This document shows, piece by piece, positions 47,460-55,449 of a stretch of 64,000 bases of DNA. A program made the translations under genes and the position numbers. The notes under the pieces are model-generated. The model did not search any database. It saw only the letters and a program-made list of their open reading frames with translations, and was not told the origin of the DNA. The stretch covers positions 2,640 to 66,639 of the forward strand of contig DCIY01000030.1 in the NCBI GenBank assembly GCA_002317295.1, read 5' to 3'. The DNA is from Bacteroidales bacterium UBA1714 (GTDB taxonomy: Bacteria > Bacteroidota > Bacteroidia > Bacteroidales > Paludibacteraceae). Each line of letters starts with the position of its first letter. Position 1 is the stretch's first letter.

Positions 47460-48769
47460 TTGGCACGAATAAACAGTTGTACCGGTGTTCCGTTAAAGTT
47501 CCACCATTCTCGCAGTTTATTCTCCAAGAATCGGCGATAGGGTTCTTTGACATACTGAGGCAGATTGGCAAAGAACACAATGGTCGGCACCTGTGTGTTG
47601 GGTAACTGGGTACAATATTTAATTTTAATATATTTGCCTTTGGTAGCTGGTGGCGGATAGTTCTCAATCAGTGGCAGGAACTTATCATTCAACTGCGCCG
47701 TAGGCACTTTGCGTTGTTTGTTCTCATACACCTGCAGGGCTGTTTCCATTACCTTGTATATGCGTTGCTTGGTCGTAGCAGAACAGAAAATAATGGGAAA
47801 ATCCGTAAATGGAGCCATGCGCGAACGAATAGCCTGCTCATAAGCTTTGATATCTTTATTTTCTTTTTCTTCTATCAAATCCCACTTGTTCACGCAGACC
47901 ACCAATCCTTTTTTATTCTTTTGGATCAGTGAATAGATATTCAGATCCTGCGATTCAATGCCACGGGTCGCGTCGAGCATCAGGATGCATACGTCGGAGT
48001 TTTCAATGGCACGAATGCTGCGTACGACGGAGTAGTATTCCAAATCCTCATTCACTTTCGCCTTTTTGCGGATACCGGCTGTATCTACGAGATAAAAATC
48101 CTTGCCGAACTTATTGTATCGGGTGTAGATACTGTCGCGGGTGGTTCCCGGTATATCGGTGACAATGGTTCTGTCTTCGCCAATAAAAGCATTCAGAATG
48201 CTGGACTTGCCGGCATTGGGTCTTCCCACGATGGCAAAACGGGGCAGGTCTTCCAACTCCACGCCATTTTCATCTTTCTTAAACAACGAACATACCTCGT
48301 CCAACACTTCGCCGGTGCCCAGTCCGTTTTCGGCGGACAGAATAAACGGTTCGCCCAACCCGAGTTTGTAAAACTCCGGAGCTCCATATTGACGATCAAA
48401 GGTATCCACTTTGTTTACAGCCAGCACAGTGGGTTTCTTAGCCTGGCGCAATAAGTGTGCCACTTCCATATCAAACTGTGTCACACCTTCGTTCACATCC
48501 ACCACCAGCAGGACTACATCGGCCTCTTTGATGGCCATATTGACCTGCCGATTGATCTCGCTTTCAAATGTGTCTTCAGAATTGACTACCCAGCCACCGG
48601 TGTCGATGACGGAAAACTCTTTTCCACACCACTCAGCGTGACCATACTGGCGGTCACGGGTGGTTCCGGCTTCGTCCATCACAATGGCGCGACGGCTCTT
48701 GGTTAACCGGTTAAATAAGGTCGATTTCCCTACATTGGGACGACCTACTATCGCTACAATATTTGCCAT
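47456..48769 (-). CDS. der: Ribosome biogenesis GTPase Der (EngA)
   Basis: Two tandem G domains ([12 protein letters not shown] / DTGG / NKVD and [12 protein letters not shown] / DTAG / NKWD) and a KH-like C-terminus. Confidence 0.95.
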   Translation of the reverse strand: MANIVAIVGRPNVGKSTLFNRLTKSRRAIVMDEAGTTRDRQYGHAEWCGKEFSVIDTGGWVVNSEDTFESEINRQVNMAIKEADVVLLVVDVNEGVTQFDMEVAHLLRQAKKPTVLAVNKVDTFDRQYGAPEFYKLGLGEPFILSAENGLGTGEVLDEVCSLFKKDENGVELEDLPRFAIVGRPNAGKSSILNAFIGEDRTIVTDIPGTTRDSIYTRYNKFGKDFYLVDTAGIRKKAKVNEDLEYYSVVRSIRAIENSDVCILMLDATRGIESQDLNIYSLIQKNKKGLVVCVNKWDLIEEKENKDIKAYEQAIRSRMAPFTDFPIIFCSATTKQRIYKVMETALQVYENKQRKVPTAQLNDKFLPLIENYPPPATKGKYIKIKYCTQLPNTQVPTIVFFANLPQYVKEPYRRFLENKLREWWNFNGTPVQLFIRAK

Positions 48770-48782
48770 AGTCTTATCATTT

Positions 48783-48824
48783 CGTTAATCGTTAATCGCT
48801 ACTCGCTACTCGCTAATCGTTATT
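48783..48824. repeat. Heptamer-periodic spacer (cgttaat x2, cgctact x2, cgctaat, cgttatt)
   Basis: 6 x 7 nt spanning the slyD stop and the der upstream spacer. Confidence 0.8.
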
Positions 48825-49391
48825 GCAATCGCCACAGCCTTCGCAATCGCCACAACCTTCGCCATCGCCATGGCAATTGCCGTGACAGTGGCCGCACTTG
48901 TGTGGATGACGAATGGCATCCAGTTCGGCCTCAGTGGCTTCTCGGGTGGAGATAATCTCTCCGACAAAATGCAGGTTTTCTCCGGCTAGTGGGTGATTAA
49001 GGTCAATCATCACGCTGTCTTCGTTGATTTCTACTACCATGGCATTGACAATTTGTCCATCCGTGGTTTGCATCGGCACCACATTGCCCACAAACACGCG
49101 TTCGCTGTCAAATTCGCCATCTCCGTTAAAAAACATTTTTTTGTCCAGACTTTTGACGCCATCGGTATCATATTCACCATAGGCATCCTGGTGATCGATG
49201 CGAAAATCAAATTTCTCGCCTGCTTTTTTACCTTCCAGGGCTTCTTCAAATTTCGGCAACATCATTCCTTCGCCGTGACAATAAACCAATGGATGCTCCC
49301 TGGTCGCTTTTTCCATCATTTCTTCTTTGCCATTTTCACCATCTACATACAATTCGTAGATGCATGTTACTACGGTTTCTTTCTGTATCAT
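48813..49391 (-). CDS. slyD: FKBP-type peptidyl-prolyl isomerase SlyD with Cys/His-rich metal-binding tail
   Basis: FKBP plus IF-domain pattern (LPKFEEALEGKKAGEKFDF...DLNHPLAGENLHFVGEII). Tail is HKCGHCHGNCHGDGEGCGDCEGCGDCNND. Confidence 0.85.
   Translation of the reverse strand: MIQKETVVTCIYELYVDGENGKEEMMEKATREHPLVYCHGEGMMLPKFEEALEGKKAGEKFDFRIDHQDAYGEYDTDGVKSLDKKMFFNGDGEFDSERVFVGNVVPMQTTDGQIVNAMVVEINEDSVMIDLNHPLAGENLHFVGEIISTREATEAELDAIRHPHKCGHCHGNCHGDGEGCGDCEGCGDCNND
48825..48869 (-). repeat. 18-nt in-frame repeats encoding EGCGDC units of the SlyD tail
   Basis: Plus strand reads gcaatcgccacagccttc gcaatcgccacaaccttc gccatcgcc (2 units plus a partial one). Confidence 0.85.
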
Positions 49392-49392
49392 A

Positions 49393-49427
49393 ACTCTAAA
49401 CTTTAAACTCTAAACTCTAAACTGTAG
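49393..49427. repeat. Heptamer-periodic spacer (actctaa actttaa actctaa actctaa actgtag)
   Basis: 5 x 7 nt immediately upstream (minus strand) of the slyD ATG. The plus strand is G-free until the last unit. Confidence 0.8.
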
Positions 49428-49452
49428 GCCAAAGGCCGTCCTATAAACTATC

Positions 49453-52227
49453 CTACCACCAATTGACTTTCTCATTCGTCGAACTCGTACTCGACTTGTC
49501 GTACTTCAAGTCTGCCAGCATGGAGGCATTGACGCCGATGTGAAAGGTATAACTTTTGTACGGTCCAAAGGGTACAAACGATGCGGACATACTCCAGCAG
49601 TGCAGGTCTCGTGAAACGGTGAAGTTGGTATACGAGAGTTTCATCGCTTTGAGATCGACGCTGGTGGTTGCGGTCGCTTTCCAACCTTTACCCAGTGCGA
49701 TATTGCCGGAGAAACTCAGGTTTTGCACAAACTCCATTTTATATTTCATCTTATCATAGTCAAAAGTACTTCCTGATCGGTAACTGACCGTATAACTGGC
49801 GCTTATACTCCAGGGAATCTCCGTAATAACGTACCCGTCGCGCACATTGCCTTCGGAACTGCTGTTGCGTTGGGTATTACGTTGCTGGCCGTTATCCATA
49901 TTCTCAATCGGCTCCAATCCTTCCGCCTTTCCGCCTTCCGCCTTTCCGCCTTCCGCCTTTCCGCCTCTCTGCCCTTCCGCCTTTCCGCCGTTCTTCGCCC
50001 TTCCTTGCTCAATCCACTTGTGGACTTTTTCGCTGGTCAGCGTATAGGACAAGGATGTGCTGGTACCTGACCAATGAGGGAACATGCCGTTGGACCAATA
50101 CTGCTTATTGGTTCGAACGGGGTTACCAAGGGCATTCAGTTCATACATATACGGATCCAGGGATGTGGATAGGTTGATGGTGTAGTTGACTTTGGGTATC
50201 TTGATACGCAGGTTCACCCCAAAATTGTTCCAGTTCATGGAGTCTGCCGCAAAGTTGTAACCACCGGTGATATTAAATGCATCAATGATGCTGACCACCT
50301 TGTACGGGTTATTGCCTGTGGAATCTTTATCATTGCGCATCTTCATTTCCAGGTTGTTGCCCAAACTGAAACTCAGATTGGCTTGCAGTCCTTTGGAGGC
50401 AGTTCCGTACATGCCATTCTGATAACGAGAATACTCCTGGGTCACATACATCGGATTTCCCATTTCGTCCAACTTAGGTACCTTGCGTCCAAATTCGTCC
50501 ACCGAATCGGCATAATAAACCGTCTCATTGTACTTGCCGTAATATCCCCATCCTTCGGTTCCAAAATCAGGTTTATAGGTAAACGACATCGTTGGCGTAA
50601 ATACATGGCGGAACTTCTCCACTTTGCTCTTGGGGAAGAGTTTTTTGCTGGGAGTATAAAATCCATACAGCTTGGTGGAGAAACTGACGCTGGCATTAAA
50701 ATCAAACACATTGAAGAATCCTGCGGTCGTATCCCGTTGTAACGATTGAGTCGCTTCATTCCACTCCCGATCTTCCCGTTGGAAATACATGCGGTCGGTC
50801 ATGGTGATGGAAGGGGTAATATTCAGATACTTGAGTACTGTCCACGATGCCGAAATGGGTACATTGTGCTTGATGCCGGTTTTCCAATCCTTGAGAAAAT
50901 CCGATTTGAAAAGATAATCTTCTTTGATATTATTGACCGCAATGCGTGCGTTACCGGAATAGGAAAGCTTGATTTTTTCATACCATCTCTCTTTACCCAC
51001 TTTCACTTTGCGTTTGAACGGGTAGATACTGCTCATGCTCACACTCAAATCCGGCAAAGTGAGCGTCAGGGTGGAGTCCCTGGTCTGCTGACTCACCATC
51101 GCGCTCAGACTCAACATCCACGGACTGTCCGGAAAACGCTGGGTATACGATATGGAGGATGATTTGGTGTTTTCGGAATTGAGTTGACCGTTGTAATAAC
51201 TGTTGATATTACTGCGGTTGTAACCGGATGTGGAAAAGTTCACACTGGCAGAGAAGGTGGAGTAGGGATTGGCTTTGGCATCCTGCTGATGAGTCCATTG
51301 AATACGCAGGTTCTTGGCCACCGAATAGTCGGGCAATCCTTTTTCACCCGTAACATCCCAACGATAGTTGATGCTCAGGTTTCCGCTGAACTTGTAACGC
51401 TTGATATACTTGGATGAGGCATAGACCGCCCAGGTTCCCTTGGTATAAATATCACCGGTCAGTTCCAAATCCATATAATCGTTCAGCGCAAAGTAATATC
51501 CGAGCCCGCGCAGGTAAAGTCCACGAGAGTAGTCATCTCCAAAGGTGGGCATAATCAAACCACTGGAGTACTTGGAGGTGAAAGGAAAGAATCCAAACGG
51601 AACCGCCAACGGCATAGGGACATCGCCCACTACCAGATAGGCGGGACCCGTGGCGATATAGTCACCCGGTTTGACTTTGGCTTTGGTCATTTGTAAATAA
51701 AAGTGCGGATGCTCGTGGTTATCGCAGGTGGTATATCGTCCTCCGGACATGGCCATTTCGTCCTTACCGGTTTTCTTGGTCTTGTCCGCCACAATATATC
51801 CTTCACCCTGCTCGGTAACCACTTCCCGAATCAAACCCTTCTGCGTTTTGAGATTATAGGTCAGCTCCTTGCTTTCGTAACTGTCATTACCTTCTTTAAA
51901 CACCGGCGATCCGATGAGTTCATTATCAATGGTGTCCAAGGTGCCACGCGCATAGATGAGACTGCTGTCCATTTTGACCCGAATAAAATCACTGGTCAGC
52001 TCCATGGTCTGGTACTTGAGGTCACTCTCTCCATGCAGCATGGCGGTTCCGTTCTTGAGCAGGACAATGCTGTCCTTACAGGAGTACTCAATCGGAGCCT
52101 GAATAAAAGAGTGGTTTTTGCGTGCCAAAGTGTCCGCGCTCACGGGCGCTTGACACCATGCCATGGCGGTCGAAAGAATTCCAACCGCAAATGACATCAC
52201 CTTATATGTATGTGCACATACGCGCAT
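49453..52227 (-). CDS. lptD: LptD-like LPS-assembly outer membrane protein (OstA family, Bacteroidetes type)
   Basis: Signal peptide, OstA-like N-domain (KDSIVLLKNGTAMLHGESDLKYQTMELTSDFIRVKM), then a very large beta-barrel. Start set at M39 (52227), 18 nt downstream of the promoter -7 box. Alternative start at 52197. Confidence 0.7.
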   Translation of the reverse strand: MRVCAHTYKVMSFAVGILSTAMAWCQAPVSADTLARKNHSFIQAPIEYSCKDSIVLLKNGTAMLHGESDLKYQTMELTSDFIRVKMDSSLIYARGTLDTIDNELIGSPVFKEGNDSYESKELTYNLKTQKGLIREVVTEQGEGYIVADKTKKTGKDEMAMSGGRYTTCDNHEHPHFYLQMTKAKVKPGDYIATGPAYLVVGDVPMPLAVPFGFFPFTSKYSSGLIMPTFGDDYSRGLYLRGLGYYFALNDYMDLELTGDIYTKGTWAVYASSKYIKRYKFSGNLSINYRWDVTGEKGLPDYSVAKNLRIQWTHQQDAKANPYSTFSASVNFSTSGYNRSNINSYYNGQLNSENTKSSSISYTQRFPDSPWMLSLSAMVSQQTRDSTLTLTLPDLSVSMSSIYPFKRKVKVGKERWYEKIKLSYSGNARIAVNNIKEDYLFKSDFLKDWKTGIKHNVPISASWTVLKYLNITPSITMTDRMYFQREDREWNEATQSLQRDTTAGFFNVFDFNASVSFSTKLYGFYTPSKKLFPKSKVEKFRHVFTPTMSFTYKPDFGTEGWGYYGKYNETVYYADSVDEFGRKVPKLDEMGNPMYVTQEYSRYQNGMYGTASKGLQANLSFSLGNNLEMKMRNDKDSTGNNPYKVVSIIDAFNITGGYNFAADSMNWNNFGVNLRIKIPKVNYTINLSTSLDPYMYELNALGNPVRTNKQYWSNGMFPHWSGTSTSLSYTLTSEKVHKWIEQGRAKNGGKAEGQRGGKAEGGKAEGGKAEGLEPIENMDNGQQRNTQRNSSSEGNVRDGYVITEIPWSISASYTVSYRSGSTFDYDKMKYKMEFVQNLSFSGNIALGKGWKATATTSVDLKAMKLSYTNFTVSRDLHCWSMSASFVPFGPYKSYTFHIGVNASMLADLKYDKSSTSSTNEKVNWW
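49921..49989 (-). repeat. 15-nt in-frame repeat (GGKAE), 3 perfect tandem copies plus a 4th after a 9-nt gap, inside the lptD-like gene
   Basis: Plus strand has ttccgcctttccgcc at 49921, 49936, 49951 and 49975. Confidence 0.95.
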
Positions 52228-52245
52228 AGTACGCAAAATAACCCA

Positions 52246-52277
52246 CAAAATTACACTTTTTCTGTCATATATGCAAA
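52246..52277 (-). promoter_or_regulatory. Promoter (minus strand): TTTG-N20-TAATTTTG (lptD-like gene and downstream cluster)
   Basis: Plus-strand caaaatta at 52246-52253 and caaa at 52274-52277. Exact 20-nt spacer. ATG (52227) is 18 nt downstream. Confidence 0.65.
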
Positions 52278-52344
52278 TGAAGAGGGTGTTTTTTTGAAAA
52301 AATGAGAGATTTGACCCAAAAAATGGAAAATATTCGTCCAAAAA

Positions 52345-52376
52345 TTAGTCTAATTCAAAAAAAAGTTGTATCTTTG
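52345..52376 (+). promoter_or_regulatory. Promoter: weak -33 (TTAG), N20, TATCTTTG (pheS)
   Basis: A8 tract plus gttg, then TATCTTTG at 52369-52376, followed by cacgctaatttt. Near-identical core to the site at 53463-53494. Confidence 0.6.
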
Positions 52377-52394
52377 CACGCTAATTTTGCGAAT

Positions 52395-53429
52395 ATGAAA
52401 GAAAAAATACAACAATTATTGGCGCAAATGGCCGATCTTCATGCCTCGTCCATGGAAGAGTTGGAAGCCTTGCGGATTCAGTATTTGAGTAAAAAAGGAG
52501 AAATATCCCTGCTGATGGATGAGTTTCGTCAGTTGCCTAAGGATCAAAAAGCGGTTTGGGGACAACAAATCAATGCGCTCAAGCAGCAGGCTGAGCAACG
52601 CATAGCTGCCCTGAGGGATCAGTTTGAGTCCAAACAGGCCGAGACCAATCGGGAAGACTTGACCCGTACACCGGATCCTGTATTGCTGGGATCCCGTCAT
52701 CCGTTGAGTCTCGTACGAGAAGAGATTGTGGATATCTTCTCCCGCATCGGATTTACGGTGGCAGATGGCCCCGAAGTGGAGGATGACAAGCATGTGTTTG
52801 GCATGCTCAATTTTGCTCCGGAGCATCCGGCTCGCGATATGCAGGACACATTTTTTGTGGAAAAAGAGGAGGGCGTACAAAAGCCGACGGATATCCTGTT
52901 GCGCACTCACACTTCGAGCGTGCAAACGCGTGTGATGACATCTCAGCAACCTCCGATACGAGTGCTTTGCCCGGGGCGTGTGTATCGTAACGAAGCCATT
53001 TCCGCTCGTGCACACTGCTTCTTCCATCAGGTGGAGGGATTGTATATTGACAAAAATGTCAGTTTTGCAGACCTGCGTCAGGCGTTGCTGTATTTCGCCA
53101 AGGAGATGTTTGGCCCGGAGACCAAGATTCGTTTGCGTCCGTCCTATTTTCCCTTTACCGAACCCAGTGCGGAAATGGATATCTCCTGCGACTTGTGTGG
53201 TGGTAAAGGGTGCGCGTTCTGTAAGGGAACCGGTTGGGTAGAGATTCTGGGTTGTGGCATGGTGGATCCCAACGTGCTGGAAAGTTGCGGAATTGATTCC
53301 AAAGTATATACCGGTTATGCCTTTGGCATGGGCGTGGAACGAATCGCCAATTTGAAATACCGAGTCAAGGACTTGAGACTGTTTAGTGAGAACGATGTTC
53401 GCTTCCTAAATCAGTTCGAAAGTTGCTAA
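52395..53429 (+). CDS. pheS: Phenylalanine--tRNA ligase alpha subunit
   Basis: Class II motifs FTEPSAEMD, GMVDPNV, GYAFGMGVERIA. ATG at 52395 is 18 nt downstream of the -7 box at 52369-52376. Confidence 0.95.
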   Translation: MKEKIQQLLAQMADLHASSMEELEALRIQYLSKKGEISLLMDEFRQLPKDQKAVWGQQINALKQQAEQRIAALRDQFESKQAETNREDLTRTPDPVLLGSRHPLSLVREEIVDIFSRIGFTVADGPEVEDDKHVFGMLNFAPEHPARDMQDTFFVEKEEGVQKPTDILLRTHTSSVQTRVMTSQQPPIRVLCPGRVYRNEAISARAHCFFHQVEGLYIDKNVSFADLRQALLYFAKEMFGPETKIRLRPSYFPFTEPSAEMDISCDLCGGKGCAFCKGTGWVEILGCGMVDPNVLESCGIDSKVYTGYAFGMGVERIANLKYRVKDLRLFSENDVRFLNQFESC

Positions 53430-53462
53430 ATTGCGATTTTTTTACAAAAAAACACCAAAATA

Positions 53463-53494
53463 TTTGTCTAATTCAAAAAAAAGCAGTACCTTTG
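53463..53494 (+). promoter_or_regulatory. Promoter: TTTG-N20-TACCTTTG (yceD-rpmF)
   Basis: TTTG at 53463-53466, gtctaattcaaaaaaaag spacer shared with the pheS promoter, TACCTTTG at 53487-53494. Confidence 0.65.
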
Positions 53495-53503
53495 CAGGCC
53501 AAT

Positions 53504-53941
53504 TTGGAAAATAGGGTTTCATTGGATCGTCTCGAGCCGGGCCGTCATGTCTGGGAGTACGAGTTGACCGATGCGTTTTTTTCTGGTTTGGAGTGGACGG
53601 AAGTGTTGTCAGGTAATGTGCATGCCGTTGCTCGTTTGGACTTGAGAGAATCGGATTATTCCCTGACCATTGCGCTTCGAGGACGTGTTCAGCTCACTTG
53701 CGACCGATGTCTGGATCCTATGGATTGGGACATAGTGTGCGAGGAGGAGGTAGAGCCGGAGCCGGAGTCAAAGGAGTTGGATTTGAATTGGCTGGCATAT
53801 GAACTGATCGCTGTCAATCTTCCGCTTGTGCATCGTCACCCGGAAGGTGGTTGCAACCCCGAAATGGCTGCACTTCTCCAAAACCACCTTTGTAGCATGA
53901 GCGAGGATCCCGATGACGGTGACAAAGATAATATGGAATAA
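53504..53941 (+). CDS. YceD-family (DUF177) protein, predicted TTG start
   Basis: LTCDRCLDP Cys motif and acidic C-terminus, positioned immediately upstream of rpmF (conserved yceD-rpmF pairing). No in-frame ATG upstream of the conserved core, so the start is assigned to TTG 53504 (alternative TTG 53522). Confidence 0.6.
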   Translation: MENRVSLDRLEPGRHVWEYELTDAFFSGLEWTEVLSGNVHAVARLDLRESDYSLTIALRGRVQLTCDRCLDPMDWDIVCEEEVEPEPESKELDLNWLAYELIAVNLPLVHRHPEGGCNPEMAALLQNHLCSMSEDPDDGDKDNME

Positions 53942-53965
53942 AAATTTTAAAAAGTATAAGAAACT

Positions 53966-54151
53966 ATGGCACATCCTAAAAGAAGACAATCGCACACGAG
54001 ACAAGCGAAACGTCGTACGCATGACGTGGCTAAAATGCCCGCATTGGCCATTTGCCCGAACTGTGGCGCTCATTACATTTATCACACTGTATGCCCAAGT
54101 TGTGGTTACTATCGTGGTAAGTTAGCTATTGAGCAAGCTGCTGAGGCATAA
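53966..54151 (+). CDS. rpmF: 50S ribosomal protein L32
   Basis: MAHPKRRQSHTRQAKRRTH N-terminus and zinc ribbon CPNCG...CPSCG. 61 aa. Confidence 0.93.
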   Translation: MAHPKRRQSHTRQAKRRTHDVAKMPALAICPNCGAHYIYHTVCPSCGYYRGKLAIEQAAEA

Positions 54152-54155
54152 CCTC

Positions 54156-54192
54156 CATAAGACTCCGGGCTTGGCTCGGGGTCTTATGTTTT
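54156..54192 (+). terminator. Rho-independent terminator after rpmF
   Basis: 12-bp stem cataagactccg / cggggtcttatg (one G-U pair), 9-nt loop, then tttt. Confidence 0.7.
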
Positions 54193-54290
54193 AATCAATC
54201 TGACTGTTCCCATCTTCCTAAACCATATAACGCCTTAACATGCCATTATAAGTTAACCTTAACTGCAATTTTTTTAGATTCATTAATCTT

Positions 54291-55403
54291 ATGTATTCAA
54301 ACAATTCAGAAAATCCTCGTCGTCAGCGCCAACGCATCACCCGTCCGGGTGCCGTTCGTGCGGAGAGAGTAGAACCACACGCTCGCGTTGAGCGTCCTTC
54401 TGTTGGAGAACAACGCCCTGCTTTTGGAGATCGTCCTGCAAGGCGTCCTCAGTCACCTAAACCTTTTGGCGAACGCCCCGCTTTTGGCGAACGCCCCGCT
54501 TTTGGAGAATTTCATTCCCAACGCCCTGCGTTTGGCAGTAATCATGCGTTTGCTCCCAAATCATCCCGTCCGCGTCCACAGCAGCCAGGCCCGCGGGATC
54601 AGCAGCAAGGACCCCGTCCGAAGCGCAATGCGGCGGTCTATTCACAAAAGAAACGGATTGAATATCAACAGAAATATGAAGATCCTACCAAGCCCATGCG
54701 CTTGAATAAGTTCCTGTCCAATGCGGGAGTGTGCTCGCGTCGTGAGGCAGATGACTTTATCCAGGCCGGTGTTATTTCCGTGAATGGGGTAGTCGTAGAC
54801 AACTTGGGAGCCAAAGTGCTTCCGACAGATCATGTCATGTTTCATGACCAACCGATTCATCGGGAACAGAAAGTATATATTTTGCTTAACAAACCCAAAA
54901 ATACCATTACTACTTCGGATGATCCCGAAGAACGTAACACCGTATTAGATATCGTGCGCGACGCATGCACGGAGCGCGTGTATCCGGTGGGCCGTTTGGA
55001 CCGCAATACCACAGGTGTGTTGTTGCTGACCAATGATGGCGATTTGGCCGCAAAACTGACGCATCCGAAGTTTGAAAAGAAGAAAGTGTATGCTGCCACC
55101 TTGGATCGCGACCTCGATCCTACGGACGAGGCGATTCTTCGTACCGGTGTCACCATTGATGACGAACGAGTCGTTCCGGATGCGTTGGAGTTTCCAAAAG
55201 AAGACCGCAAACATGTGGGACTGGAGATACACTCGGGCCAAAACCGTGTGGTTCGTCGTATGTTTGAGAAAGTCGGTTATAAGGTGATCCAGTTGGATCG
55301 CGTCAGCTTTGCCGGTTTAACCAAAAAGAATGTCAAACGAGGAACTTATCGTTTCCTCACCGCCAAAGAAGTTGCAATGCTTCAAATGGGCGCCTTTGAA
55401 TAA
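54291..55403 (+). CDS. rluB: 23S rRNA pseudouridine synthase (RluB/RsuA family) with a disordered Arg/Pro-rich N-terminal extension
   Basis: S4 domain MRLNKFLSNAGVCSRREADDFI. Catalytic GRLDRNTTGVLLLTNDG. About 130-aa low-complexity N-terminus with FGERPA repeats. Confidence 0.85.
   Translation: MYSNNSENPRRQRQRITRPGAVRAERVEPHARVERPSVGEQRPAFGDRPARRPQSPKPFGERPAFGERPAFGEFHSQRPAFGSNHAFAPKSSRPRPQQPGPRDQQQGPRPKRNAAVYSQKKRIEYQQKYEDPTKPMRLNKFLSNAGVCSRREADDFIQAGVISVNGVVVDNLGAKVLPTDHVMFHDQPIHREQKVYILLNKPKNTITTSDDPEERNTVLDIVRDACTERVYPVGRLDRNTTGVLLLTNDGDLAAKLTHPKFEKKKVYAATLDRDLDPTDEAILRTGVTIDDERVVPDALEFPKEDRKHVGLEIHSGQNRVVRRMFEKVGYKVIQLDRVSFAGLTKKNVKRGTYRFLTAKEVAMLQMGAFE
54463..54506 (+). repeat. 18-nt in-frame tandem repeat (FGERPA) x2.4 in the rluB N-terminal extension
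   Basis: cttttggcgaacgccccg occurs twice perfectly, then cttttgga. Confidence 0.9.
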
Positions 55404-55449
55404 TCAACAATAAGCAATCAACAATCAACAATCACCAATAAGTAATCAT
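55401..55449. repeat. Heptamer-periodic spacer (taatcaa caataag caatcaa caatcaa caatcac caataag taatcat)
   Basis: 7 x 7 nt from the rluB stop codon to the SGNH hydrolase ATG. Only two G residues. Confidence 0.85.

Noticed and set aside
49921-49989. Short tandem repeats here and at 29156-29209 and 54463-54506, considered as CRISPR arrays or minisatellite non-coding DNA
   Set aside because: All are contiguous with no spacers, have unit lengths that are multiples of 3, and lie in frame inside well-supported genes. They are coding repeats.
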